Origin: Candidatus Zambryskibacteria bacterium RIFOXYD1_FULL_40_13
GTDB lineage: Bacteria; Patescibacteriota; Minisyncoccia; Phycocordibacterales; DATDWN01
Length of the DNA: 59,065 nt
Assembly (NCBI GenBank): GCA_001824295.1
Contig: MHWY01000003.1
Location: forward strand, 1 to 59,065
Direction of reading: 5' to 3'
The notes beneath the pieces were generated by a model that saw only the letters and a program-made list of their open reading frames with translations, did no database searches and was not told the DNA's origin. The stretch's first letter is position 1. Every line of letters begins with the position of its first letter. A program made the translations under genes and the position numbers. This document shows, one piece after another, positions 9,175 through 18,649 of the stretch.

Positions 9175-10401
9175 TTATTTGTTCTTTGTTTTTACGAGTT
9201 TTTTGAGATACTCACCAAGCTCGTTTAGGGATACAGTTTCTTGTTCTCTATTAGTAATGTTTCTGACAACAATGGTATTTTCAATAGCTTCTTTCTGGCC
9301 GATTATAAGGACATGGGTAGCCTTCATATACTCCGCCCCAGAAAGCTGTCCCGTAATCTTGTCCTTGGTTATGGAGTGATATACAGGTATTTTTTGTTTT
9401 CTCAGCAATTCTACGACTTGTAGTGCTTTTAATTTCGCACTTGAACCCAATTGAACTAGGTAAAATTTTGGTTTTTTGATGTTTTTTACAAGTACTTTTT
9501 TAAGCATTTTAGGGTTCTTTTTTACAAAAATTGTCACACCCACGGTTGGAATTTCTCTCTTTGAACCTATCTTTTTTGCCAAGTGATTGTATCTATAACC
9601 ATAAGCCAATAATTCGCCAGAGTTTTCGTCAGTCTGGGCGTCAGTCTTGGACACATCTTTTGGTTTTATAATTTCAAATATTGTGTTTGTGGCAAAAAGT
9701 TTGTTGGATAGAATGCTCGATTTTATTTTATAGGCAGTATCAAACGTCTCCACGCACTCCAAGACCTCCTTGAAATGTATTCTGCTGTTTTCTGACAAGG
9801 AGCCTATAGGTTGGGGTGTATTTTTTCTGAAATCTTGTGTCTCAGGTCTTTCGTCCGACAACATCAAGTGATGATCCTTTTTGAACTCTTGCTTTATCTT
9901 AGCTGGTATTGTGCCTGAATGCTTTCTAAAGTAACTACCTAGTTCTCTTTCAAATCTTGCTATTGATTCTCTGTCACCAATGCTGTTTATATCTATAAAA
10001 AGGTTTGTGTAGCCGTGTTCCTCAAGCACCGCAAGTGCACACCGTAGAAGCAATGCCTCACTTGTAGACTTTAGACTACCCATAATTTCAAAACCATAGG
10101 TCTCTACATTTGTTTTCTTTTTGCTTAGTCCTCCAGGTAGAGGTTTTTTGTAGTGAAAGGCTTGGGGTTGAGCCTCAAGGTCCAGTCTCTCTTCCATATA
10201 CCACCTGGTTAAGGCAACTTTCTCGGGTGAATCTTCATAGCGGTCAAACTCCTTGAACTGTTTTGATTTGTGTATATCGTCGTTACTGATTTGCGGTGGT
10301 TTAATCACCACAAAGCCATAGTGCACGGCAATTTCTCCGGTCTTGTCGGTTACACTTTCCAGGTATGATTTTTCCTGCTTGGTTTTTTCTTTTTTAGGCA
10401 T
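9175..10401 (-). CDS. Histidyl-tRNA synthetase-like protein (degenerate core, class IIa anticodon-binding domain)
   Basis: FEIMG, INSIGD.ES, GYRYNHLA, C-terminal 'A..LR...I.V...QL..A......VLIIGQKE.....VVRNI'; motif 2 is eroded. Confidence 0.7.
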   Translation of the reverse strand: MPKKEKTKQEKSYLESVTDKTGEIAVHYGFVVIKPPQISNDDIHKSKQFKEFDRYEDSPEKVALTRWYMEERLDLEAQPQAFHYKKPLPGGLSKKKTNVETYGFEIMGSLKSTSEALLLRCALAVLEEHGYTNLFIDINSIGDRESIARFERELGSYFRKHSGTIPAKIKQEFKKDHHLMLSDERPETQDFRKNTPQPIGSLSENSRIHFKEVLECVETFDTAYKIKSSILSNKLFATNTIFEIIKPKDVSKTDAQTDENSGELLAYGYRYNHLAKKIGSKREIPTVGVTIFVKKNPKMLKKVLVKNIKKPKFYLVQLGSSAKLKALQVVELLRKQKIPVYHSITKDKITGQLSGAEYMKATHVLIIGQKEAIENTIVVRNITNREQETVSLNELGEYLKKLVKTKNK

Positions 10402-10403
10402 CT

Positions 10404-10994
10404 CTATTTGTCTATGCTTCCTGGTAATACGTCAATTTTCTTAACTGGAAATAGTCGTACCAAAGGCTTTCCCAACATGTATTTTTTTTGCAGTGGTCCC
10501 CAATATCGTGAATCATAGCTTTCTGCTCTGTTGTCTCCCAATACATAGTATTCGTCCTCCGCTAACATTTTTTCATACGAATCAAGTGATGGGTGTGTCA
10601 CATAAGACCCATCAACCACAAAACCATCTGGATTCTCTGTGTTTACGATGGTGACAACTCCGTTACTTATTTTTACTGTTTCTCCTGGTAGGCCGATTAT
10701 CCTCTTTATGAAGTTTTTACTGGTATCTTCGGGGTATTTGAAGACAAGCACACTGTTTCTCTCTGGTGTCTTGAATTTGTAGGATAATTTATCAACTATT
10801 AGGTAATCTCCAGTGGCGAATGTAGGGTCCATGGATCTTCCATCAACAAGATATGGCTCAGCCACATATGCTCTAAAGGGTAGTACAATTCCAAAGGCAA
10901 TAATTGCAAATGTTATAATCTCTTTCACTATCTCTCTCCGATTGTATTTCTTATCTTTTTTTTCTTGTGAAAGGTCAGTTGTTTCGTCACTCAT
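10404..10994 (-). CDS. lepB: Signal peptidase I
   Basis: G.SMDPT, IKRIIGLPGE, GDNRAESYDSRYWG. Confidence 0.96.
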   Translation of the reverse strand: MSDETTDLSQEKKDKKYNRREIVKEIITFAIIAFGIVLPFRAYVAEPYLVDGRSMDPTFATGDYLIVDKLSYKFKTPERNSVLVFKYPEDTSKNFIKRIIGLPGETVKISNGVVTIVNTENPDGFVVDGSYVTHPSLDSYEKMLAEDEYYVLGDNRAESYDSRYWGPLQKKYMLGKPLVRLFPVKKIDVLPGSIDK

Positions 10995-11059
10995 TGCGAT
11001 AGTATACAGGGGAAGTTAACTTGACACAATAGAATTATTTGTAGTTTGATAAATTTACC

Positions 11060-11185
11060 AACAAAATCTCTTTTTCGTAATGTTTCTTCGAGAGACACGC
11101 ATAAATTTTTGCTAAAATTTTGCTTGAGTTCAGCTCGACAGCCTCACTAGTCTCTCTTAGAAACATTACTCAACGAGATTTTGTT
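11060..11185 (+). repeat. Hairpin element with AATCTCTTT...TCAACGAGATT termini
   Basis: Long imperfect inverted repeat; termini shared with 12408-12571 and 17566-17602. Confidence 0.65.
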
Positions 11186-11216
11186 TAATGGTAATTTGTG
11201 TGTTACTATTTCTATT

Positions 11217-11840
11217 ATGTCAAATTATGTTTTTGTTGGGTTGGGGAATCCAGGGCAGGAATATGAAGGAACCCGCCACAATACGGGAAGGATTTTGCTG
11301 TCTATTATAGGCAAGCAGTACGACGCGGAATGGAAAGAAGACAAAAAACTCTCGGCACAGGTTGCAAAAATTAAGGTGGGCCTGCCCGCCAGTGCCAGCC
11401 GTAGGCAGGCGGGGAAGTCACCCGTTACCTTGGTGTTGCCAGATACTTTTATGAACAACTCTGGTAAGTCTATTAAACCACTCATCACAAGCGTGAAGTC
11501 AGCCGAGAAGCTCGTGGTGGTTTATGACGATTTGGATATGCCTTTCGGTAGTAGCAAAATATCTTTCAATAAATCCTCGGGCGGTCATAGGGGACTTGAG
11601 TCAATAATAAAAGCAATAAAGACAGAGAAATTTGCCAGAGTTCGTGTGGGCATTTCACCCAAAACTCCTACAGGAAAATTGAAAAAACCAAGCGGGGAAG
11701 ACGCCGTAATGAAAGTAATAATGGGAAAGTTCAAGCCAGAAGAAATGCTAGTTCTCAAGAAGTTGTCCAAAAAAATCTCCGAAGCCCTGGAAACCTTTGT
11801 TTCTAGTGGTCTAGAGCGAGCAATGACTAGGTTTAACTAA
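11217..11840 (+). CDS. pth: Peptidyl-tRNA hydrolase with 11-aa palindromic insert
   Basis: VGLGNPG..Y..TRHN.G, TFMNNSG, DDLD, GGHRGL. Confidence 0.95.
   Translation: MSNYVFVGLGNPGQEYEGTRHNTGRILLSIIGKQYDAEWKEDKKLSAQVAKIKVGLPASASRRQAGKSPVTLVLPDTFMNNSGKSIKPLITSVKSAEKLVVVYDDLDMPFGSSKISFNKSSGGHRGLESIIKAIKTEKFARVRVGISPKTPTGKLKKPSGEDAVMKVIMGKFKPEEMLVLKKLSKKISEALETFVSSGLERAMTRFN
11381..11413 (+). repeat. 33-bp palindromic micro-insert, in frame
   Basis: cctgcccgcc...gcaggcggg; same ends and length as 46385-46417. Confidence 0.8.
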
Positions 11841-11852
11841 AAATCAATAAAA

Positions 11853-11953
11853 TTACCCCATCTGCGTTGTTGCTGTTCACATTTGCGCGTTCACCGTACG
11901 CCTAGTACGGCTCACTTGCAAATGCTCCAGCGCCTAGCATCTAGGGCAATTTA
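11853..11953 (+). repeat. 101-bp hairpin element, copy 1
   Basis: Two mismatches relative to 48746-48846. Confidence 0.9.
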
Positions 11954-12027
11954 ATTGTTTTTTGGCTTATTGACTTGTTGGTGCAATGGGTGTCTAATTA
12001 ATGACGGAGAACAAAGGAGCTCCAGGC

Positions 12028-12300
12028 ATGACCACATCTGTTCCGTATCACAAATGGCTGTTGGGGGCCATCAGGCAGGCATCTTTCGTGGGGATTCATG
12101 AGTTGGCTCCGATGGCCAAGGAAGTGAGAATCCCCGTCGGATTCCACGACGGAATCATTGAGGCATGGAGAAGGAAGGTGTCGAGGCTCGGCATGAAAGA
12201 TGACCTCAGTGTCCCAGCGGCGCTGCTCAAACAGAAGGACGAGGTTGAGGCCGAGGCTCAGAAGGAATCGGCGGCCAAGGTCGCCAAGGGCATGTTCTAG
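12028..12300 (+). CDS. Hypothetical protein (GC-rich orphan cassette)
   Basis: TTGACT-17-TCTAAT (11970-11998), AAGGAG SD, hairpin cccgagcgg-gaaa-ccgctcggg after the stop. Confidence 0.6.
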   Translation: MTTSVPYHKWLLGAIRQASFVGIHELAPMAKEVRIPVGFHDGIIEAWRRKVSRLGMKDDLSVPAALLKQKDEVEAEAQKESAAKVAKGMF

Positions 12301-12387
12301 GGACGGCCGGCCACCAAGGGCCCGAGCGGGAAACCGCTCGGGCTCAATTCGTATTCAAAAATCTCGTCGAGTTATATTTGAGTAAAA

Positions 12388-12412
12388 TTTGTCAACCTGC
12401 CAGGTTGACAAA
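12388..12412. repeat. REP-like palindrome GTCAACCTGCCAGGTTGAC
   Basis: Four copies in window. Confidence 0.8.
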
Positions 12413-12571
12413 ATCTCGTTGAACCAAAATTTTTTCAGAGCACCCGCAGTGCCTGAAGCATGGTTCTGTCAAGGTATTCTGCCTTGACAGATTCAGGCCG
12501 AGGACCAGAACAAAACCGGTGCTGGCCGGTTTTGTGTCTCTGAAAAGATTTTGGTGAGAAAGAGATTTTGT
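12408..12571 (-). repeat. Hairpin element with AATCTCTTT...TCAACGAGATT termini, containing an internal REP-like palindrome
   Basis: Termini match 11060-11185 in reverse; internal ctgtcaagg-tattctg-ccttgacag (12466-12490). Confidence 0.6.
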
Positions 12572-12577
12572 TCTCAC

Positions 12578-13726
12578 TTACTCTGCTTTCTTGTTTGGAT
12601 CAATGAATGACAAAGTCATCTTCTGCTCCTTAGCGTCAAACAAAGTAATCTTGAATTTGTAGTTTTTACCAAGCTCTAGAGTGTCGTGTAGCTTCTCGTC
12701 ACTGCCAAACTCTGAAATATGGACTAGTCCAGCTATACCTTCCTCTATACTTGCTAGGGCTCCGTGTTTGTTAAATTTGATAACGACACCGTCCACAACG
12801 TCATCTTTTTTGTATTTCTTCTCAGCATCGTGCCATGGGTTTTCCTTCAAAGCTTTGATAGATAGGGAAATCTTGCCATCCTTAATTTCAATTATTTTAA
12901 CTTTTACCTTCTCACCTATATGGAACATAAGTTTTGGATTCTCAACTAGCGCCCAGTCTATTTCTGATATGTGAACCAAACCTTCCAAACCCTCCTCAAG
13001 CTTTACGAATACTCCGAAGTCAACCATGCCGGTTACTTCACCCATTACTTCCTCGTTTAGAGCGTATTTACCAATAATAGAATCTTTGTTCTTTTGTTCT
13101 GGATTTTTCTCCGAGAAGATAAGTTTACCTTCTTTTGGAGATGCACCAATAATAGCAACAGAGATTTTCTGTCCAACAAGCTTCTTTAGTTCCTCCAATA
13201 TTCTGTCCTTGTCTCCATCTGCAACTCTTGGATAATGTTCTGTCTTGAGTTGTGAGGCTGGAAGGAAGCCAGAGATACCCTGCCATGACATGATAAGACC
13301 ACCCTTGTTAGCTTCCTGGATAGGCAACTCAAATATTCTTTTATCCTTGATAGCTTCCTCTGCTTCACTCCAGATTAGTGCTTGGCGAGCTTCCTTTAGG
13401 GAAATCTCAATGTAGCCATCTTTGTTGGAAAGACTTATAACCTTACCAGCAACTCCATCACCAACATTTATCTTTTTTATTATGTCTCTAGCATTTATAT
13501 ATTCACGACCATAAATAATACCAGTTCCAAATGGTGGTATATCTATGTAAACTATCGATTTTTCTATACCAATAACAGTCCCCTCTATAACATCATCAAT
13601 TGATGGTGGGGTTGCACTTGCATTTAGTACCTTTGACATAACCCCATCATCTTTTGACTGGGTATGTTCATCTTGTACTGAATCTTGTGAGGCCAAATCA
13701 GCCTCGTCTTTAACTAATGTATCCAT
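12578..13726 (-). CDS. rpsA: 30S ribosomal protein S1 (4 S1 domains)
   Basis: GFLPASQL, FGVFVKL.EGLEGLVHISEI, GIAGLVHISE. Confidence 0.92.
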   Translation of the reverse strand: MDTLVKDEADLASQDSVQDEHTQSKDDGVMSKVLNASATPPSIDDVIEGTVIGIEKSIVYIDIPPFGTGIIYGREYINARDIIKKINVGDGVAGKVISLSNKDGYIEISLKEARQALIWSEAEEAIKDKRIFELPIQEANKGGLIMSWQGISGFLPASQLKTEHYPRVADGDKDRILEELKKLVGQKISVAIIGASPKEGKLIFSEKNPEQKNKDSIIGKYALNEEVMGEVTGMVDFGVFVKLEEGLEGLVHISEIDWALVENPKLMFHIGEKVKVKIIEIKDGKISLSIKALKENPWHDAEKKYKKDDVVDGVVIKFNKHGALASIEEGIAGLVHISEFGSDEKLHDTLELGKNYKFKITLFDAKEQKMTLSFIDPNKKAE

Positions 13727-13737
13727 GTAGTATATGT

Positions 13738-13830
13738 GTCAAAAGCGGTCATGTTCGGGATGTCTTCGGCCATTGCCTCGGAGGTCCACTACCAGCCTAG
13801 GCTGGTTGAATATGATTTATCACCTTTGAC
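13738..13830 (-). promoter_or_regulatory. Putative structured 5' leader of rpsA
   Basis: GTCAAAG...TTTTGAC closing stem with internal hairpins, 11 nt upstream of the ATG. Confidence 0.4.
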
Positions 13831-13929
13831 GGTTGATAATATACGAAGCTAAGTATACATAAATAGTGTACTATTGCAATCTCTTTCCTGAGAGTTTGAA
13901 ATATTAAGCAATTTTGTTATACTGCCAGC

Positions 13930-14565
13930 ATGATTATTACATATCACGGTGTAGATTTTTTCAAGGTTTCGTTTGGTGACACCACCATAGCTATTAATCC
14001 AATCTCAAAGTCCTCAAAACTTAAGAGCTCCACATTTGGAAGCGATATAACTCTTATTTCACTAAATAGTCCAGAACACAATGGGGCTGACATTACTTCC
14101 AGGGGTGACAAGGAATCATTTCTAATAAACGGTCCTGGAGAATATGAAGTCTCAGGGGTTTTTATAAAAGGCTTCCTTTCTAAGTCAAACTATGGAGGGG
14201 AAGAGCGAATAAATACTATATATACTGTCTCTCTTGAGGGTATTAACCTCTGTTTTCTTGGCGCTTTGGGTGACAAAGATCTCTCACCCCAAACAAAGGA
14301 GGCAATAGATGGTATTGATATACTTTTTGTACCAGTTGGCGGGGAGGGTGTACTGGACCCAGCTGTTGCACATAAACTAGCGGTTCAGTTTGAACCCAAA
14401 ATAATTATTCCAAGTCATCATGGTGATGTTGGGGTTAATAATTCTCTAAAAATGTTTTTGAAGGAAGCTGGAGAAGAAGGGATTAAACCTGTTGATAAGC
14501 TGACCATAAAGAAGAAAGATTTAGAAGGGAAAGAAGGGGAGGTTGTAGTGCTGGAGGCGGTATAA
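13930..14565 (+). CDS. MBL-fold metallo-hydrolase-like protein
   Basis: GPGEYEVSG, NTIY...EGI...LG.LG, IDILFVPVGG, EPKIIIP.H. Confidence 0.8.
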   Translation: MIITYHGVDFFKVSFGDTTIAINPISKSSKLKSSTFGSDITLISLNSPEHNGADITSRGDKESFLINGPGEYEVSGVFIKGFLSKSNYGGEERINTIYTVSLEGINLCFLGALGDKDLSPQTKEAIDGIDILFVPVGGEGVLDPAVAHKLAVQFEPKIIIPSHHGDVGVNNSLKMFLKEAGEEGIKPVDKLTIKKKDLEGKEGEVVVLEAV

Positions 14566-14569
14566 ATAA

Positions 14570-14682
14570 ATTACTAATTTCTAATTACTAATTAACCTAA
14601 ATAATGTCCAAGTGCCAATGATGAGTTGGGGTTTGGAGATTGGGATTTATTTAGAAATTAAAAATTAGGTTAATTAGGAATT
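14570..14682. repeat. Inverted degenerate 7-mer arrays
   Basis: ttactaa-tttctaa-ttactaa ... ttagaaa-ttaaaaa-ttagg. Confidence 0.55.
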
Positions 14683-14689
14683 TTATTTC

Positions 14690-15031
14690 ATGTTCAATTT
14701 CATTGAAAAACTAAGACAGAAACCGGATAAGACCAAGAAGAAAGTTGCCTTTCTTTCAGCTCTTTTTTTGTGTGGAATTATTTTTGTGGTTTGGTTGTCG
14801 GTCATTTTTCCAGGTTTCAGAGAAGACCAGGCAAAGAAACAGGCGGTTCAAAAACTTGAACCAAGCCCGCTTGGGACTTTCAAGGCGACATTTGAAGCCG
14901 GTCTGTCTACTATGAAAGACCAATACACAGAACTTAGGAATTCTATCGCTGAAGTGGCCACAAGTTCTCTTGGTATTGTTACTGCCACAAGCACGCTCGT
15001 GTCCGCCACAACCACAGAACCAACAGATTAA
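14690..15031 (+). CDS. Hypothetical single-TM protein
   Basis: ORF with N-terminal basic stretch and TM helix. Confidence 0.7.
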   Translation: MFNFIEKLRQKPDKTKKKVAFLSALFLCGIIFVVWLSVIFPGFREDQAKKQAVQKLEPSPLGTFKATFEAGLSTMKDQYTELRNSIAEVATSSLGIVTATSTLVSATTTEPTD

Positions 15032-15087
15032 TCATTTGAAAATCATCACCTATTATGATATAATAGGAGGACTTACTATTATTTTTT

Positions 15088-17559
15088 ATGTCTAAAAACC
15101 AGACGATGAAACAGCCGGACGAGGCCAAAATCCCGCATAGATTAAGCATTATCTCACAGGAAATAGTTGATGAAATGAAGACCTCTTTTATCGACTACGC
15201 CATGTCAGTTATTACTGACCGTGCTCTTCCTGATGTTCGTGACGGGTTAAAGCCCGTTCATCGTCGTGTGCTTTTCGCCATGAATGAGCTTGGTTTGACT
15301 TCTGGTGCCAAAACTCGAAAATCAGCTGCCGTTGTTGGAGAGGTTTTGGGTAACTATCACCCCCATGGTGATGTTGCTGTGTACGACTCGATGGTCAAGA
15401 TGGCTCAGGACTTCACCATGCGTTATCCTCTTGTTCTGGGACAAGGTAACTTCGGTTCGATAGACGGGGATTCACCTGCAGCCATGAGATACACCGAGGC
15501 CAAGATGACCAAACTTTCTTCAGAGCTTCTGCGCGACATAGAAAAGGAGACAGTTGACTTCATCCCAAACTACGATGGCACGAAAAAGGAGCCAAAAGTT
15601 TTACCAACCACAGTCCCCGCTCTTCTCTTGAACGGAACCTTGGGCATTGCGGTGGGTATGGCTACAAACATTCCGCCCCACAACCTAAACGAAGTGATGG
15701 ATGCTGTGTCATATCTGGTAGATAACAAGGATGCAACAACCGAGGATTTATTACAGTTTATTAAAGGCCCTGATTTCCCAATAGGGGGTGTTGCTTTTAA
15801 CCAGAAAGATATTGCTCATGCCTATGCAAATGGGAAAGGCGGCGTGGTAGTTCGTGGTGTGGCTGAGATAGTAGAAAACAAGGCAGGCCAAAACCAGATT
15901 ATTATTACCTCTATTCCATTTAGAGTAAACAAATCAAATCTCATCACAAAGATTGCCGAACTTGTTCGGGACAAAAAACTTGATGGGGTAAAGGGCTTGC
16001 GTGACGAGTCAGCAAAGGATATTCGCATCGCCATAGATCTCAAGGGCACAAGTCACCCACAGACGGTCTTGAATTATATATACAAACATACCCAGCTAGA
16101 AGAAGCATTTCACTACAACATGGTGGCTCTGGTTAACGGGGTGCCGGAAACTTTGTCACTCAAAGGCATTTTGGAAGAATTCGTTTCTCACAGAGTATCT
16201 GTCATAAGACGCAGGACGGAGTATGACCTAAGGAAAGCTCTGGAGAGAGAGCACATCTTGCTTGGACTGAAAAAGGCCCTAGACCATATAGATAGAATCA
16301 TCAAGCTCATAAAGAGTTCAAAGGATACAACCGAGGCACATAAGAATTTAATGAAGGAGTTTAAGTTTTCTGCCATTCAGGCGACTGCTATTCTGGAAAT
16401 GAAACTTTCTCGTTTAGCCGGTCTTGAGAGAAAGAAAATAGAGGATGAACTCAAGGCTATTCAGGAGTTTATTGCCCAAATGAAAGCCATTCTTGCTAGC
16501 CCAAAGAAGATTCTTGGAATAATAAAAGATGAATGCAAAGAAATTAAGGAAAAGTATGGAGATGAGAGAAGAACGAGAATCATAAAGGGTGGTGTTCAGG
16601 TCCTTTCAGTTGAGGACTTAATTCCAGACGAGGAGAATGCTCTAGTTCTGACTGCTGGTGGGTATATAAAACGAACAAATCCTGATGAGTTCAGAAAACA
16701 AAAACGAGGTGGGGTTGGTGTTGTTGATATGGACACAAAGGAGGAGGATTTTGTCACAAACTTGCTCATTGCCTCAACACACAGTGACCTTCTGTTCTTT
16801 ACTGATAAAGGTAAGTCTTATCAGACCAAGATGTATGACATTCCGGAGGGCAGGCGGGCAACTAGGGGTAAGTCAGTCATGAACTTTTTACCACTTTCTG
16901 AAGGGGAGAAAATTACTTCTATCTTACCAATGCCAAAGGAGGTGAAAAAATCAGAGTCCTCTCTCATGATGGTTACAAAACACGGAATTGCAAAAAAGGT
17001 GGCTACATCTAGTTTCCACGATGTTCGTATTTCTGGAATTATTGCAATAAAGCTTGATGAAAAGGATTCTTTGATCTCAGCTTCGTTTGTTCACAAGAAA
17101 GATACTGTTATGGTTGTCACTGCTAGGGGCCAATCTATTCATTTCAAGGAATCGGATATTCGCGAGATGGGTAGGACAGCTATGGGTGTGAGGGGTATGA
17201 AGCTCGGCAAGGGTGACGAGGTCATATCAGCCGAGCCAATTTCGCACGAGCTAAACAGTGCTACTCTCATGGTTATTTCAGAAAACGGATATGGAAAGAG
17301 AACAGATATAGATGAATACAAGGTTCAAAATCGTGGTGGTTCAGGTATAAAGACAGCCAAGGTTACTCCAAAGACCGGCAAACTCATTTCTGCAAAGGTT
17401 TTTGCTTCGGACGAGGCAGAGGTGGTAGCGATTTCCAAGAAATCTCAAGTTATACGAGTAGATGCAAAAGAAATCAATGTTCTAGGTCGCCAAACCCAGG
17501 GTGTTCGGGTAATGAAACTCCGCGAAGGGGATTCTATTGCATCTCTGATTTGTTTATAG
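15088..17559 (+). CDS. gyrA: DNA gyrase subunit A
   Basis: [29 protein letters not shown], GyrA-box QKRGGVG, beta-pinwheel repeats. Confidence 0.98.
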   Translation: MSKNQTMKQPDEAKIPHRLSIISQEIVDEMKTSFIDYAMSVITDRALPDVRDGLKPVHRRVLFAMNELGLTSGAKTRKSAAVVGEVLGNYHPHGDVAVYDSMVKMAQDFTMRYPLVLGQGNFGSIDGDSPAAMRYTEAKMTKLSSELLRDIEKETVDFIPNYDGTKKEPKVLPTTVPALLLNGTLGIAVGMATNIPPHNLNEVMDAVSYLVDNKDATTEDLLQFIKGPDFPIGGVAFNQKDIAHAYANGKGGVVVRGVAEIVENKAGQNQIIITSIPFRVNKSNLITKIAELVRDKKLDGVKGLRDESAKDIRIAIDLKGTSHPQTVLNYIYKHTQLEEAFHYNMVALVNGVPETLSLKGILEEFVSHRVSVIRRRTEYDLRKALEREHILLGLKKALDHIDRIIKLIKSSKDTTEAHKNLMKEFKFSAIQATAILEMKLSRLAGLERKKIEDELKAIQEFIAQMKAILASPKKILGIIKDECKEIKEKYGDERRTRIIKGGVQVLSVEDLIPDEENALVLTAGGYIKRTNPDEFRKQKRGGVGVVDMDTKEEDFVTNLLIASTHSDLLFFTDKGKSYQTKMYDIPEGRRATRGKSVMNFLPLSEGEKITSILPMPKEVKKSESSLMMVTKHGIAKKVATSSFHDVRISGIIAIKLDEKDSLISASFVHKKDTVMVVTARGQSIHFKESDIREMGRTAMGVRGMKLGKGDEVISAEPISHELNSATLMVISENGYGKRTDIDEYKVQNRGGSGIKTAKVTPKTGKLISAKVFASDEAEVVAISKKSQVIRVDAKEINVLGRQTQGVRVMKLREGDSIASLICL

Positions 17560-17565
17560 TTGTAT

Positions 17566-17602
17566 ACAATCTCTTTCTCAAGACATGACTCAACGAGATT
17601 GT
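17566..17602 (+). repeat. Minimal AATCTCTTTCTCA...CTCAACGAGATT element
   Basis: Same termini as the 11060 and 12408 elements with almost no interior. Confidence 0.55.
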
Positions 17603-17610
17603 GTTTTGAC

Positions 17611-17639
17611 TTGACAAGTTATTAAAATATGTGTATAAT
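17611..17639 (+). promoter_or_regulatory. Sigma70 promoter
   Basis: TTGACA-17-TATAAT. Confidence 0.8.
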
Positions 17640-17674
17640 AGCAAAAGAATGGAACTTAGAGAGGATGGTGACAA

Positions 17675-17950
17675 ATGGTAGACAGAAACACGAGATGGAT
17701 GATTGTTTCTGGACTGGTTGGGCTCTCCTTCTTTCTCATTGCGAATTTCACGGACCTCTTTACTGGCTCGAGTGTTCTTGCTGGGTGTCTGCAACTTTGC
17801 GTTAACGCTTTCGTGTTTGTCGTTTGGAGTAAGGCGTTTTCGCAAAGTCGTGGGTTTATGAGGTTTGTAGCATTCTTTGGGGTTGTTGTGCCGGCTGTAA
17901 TGGCGAGTATAACTATTCTGAGAGTGCTGATACCCGCAATCGTCAACTAA
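17675..17950 (+). CDS. Hypothetical 3-TM membrane protein (orphan cassette)
   Basis: Promoter, GAGGA SD, hydrophobic helices, hairpin ccacggtg...caccgtgg after the stop. Confidence 0.65.
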   Translation: MVDRNTRWMIVSGLVGLSFFLIANFTDLFTGSSVLAGCLQLCVNAFVFVVWSKAFSQSRGFMRFVAFFGVVVPAVMASITILRVLIPAIVN

Positions 17951-17991
17951 CTCCACGGTGGAGCATCAGCTCACACCGTGGGGTTTGCCGT

Positions 17992-18639
17992 TTATATGTC
18001 AAGGGGCATCCTTGACATACTCGTTTCTTTTAAATAATTTTCTGTCTCACCGACCAGTGAGTTTTTATCTCCAAATATTCCTAGCAGTAAATCTGTAGTG
18101 ACTATTTGTAGACCTCTTTCTTCACTGTAGTCTTTAAAACTACTCCACTTATATTGGCCCGGGTGTTTTACTAGTCCATCTTTTACTGGGTTCATGTGTA
18201 TGTATGCCGAGGCCCACATTAGTTGTGCGTCATCTTCTATTTGCACGGCCTTAAACTGATCTTGAAAGACATGGCCCACCCTTTTGTGTTTTTTGTTTAC
18301 AAACATGGCGTAACTCGTGCAAACCTTTGATAACATTTTTGAAATTGATGTGTTGTTTGTTTGTTCAACTAGTAGATGAAAATGGTTTGGCATTAGGCAA
18401 AAAGCATGAAGTTTGTAGTCACTTTTATTTGTATCCGTAATTCTTATTCTTGAGTAGGGAAGTGAAAGTAAATTATCTTTCTGAATTTCTTTTTCATCAA
18501 ATCCAAGACTTAGGCCAAGTCTAAAAAGAAACGCTCGATAATCTTGCTCGTCAAAGAATATTTTTTCTTTATTGTTTCCACGGTTGTAAATATGAACTAT
18601 TGTGCCGGGACCAAATTCCTTGAAGTCTCTATTTTTCAT
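17992..18639 (-). mobile_element. HUH Y1 transposase, REP-associated (RAYT/TnpA-REP-like)
   Basis: HIYNRGNNKEKIF...DY..F, CLMPNHFHLL (HUH), GHVFQDQFK, YIHMNP (catalytic Tyr), YKWSS. Confidence 0.88.
17997..18017. repeat. REP hairpin at the RAYT 3' end
   Basis: tgtcaaggggcatccttgaca; exact reverse complement of 18650-18670. Confidence 0.85.
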
Positions 18640-18649
18640 TCTTATATTA

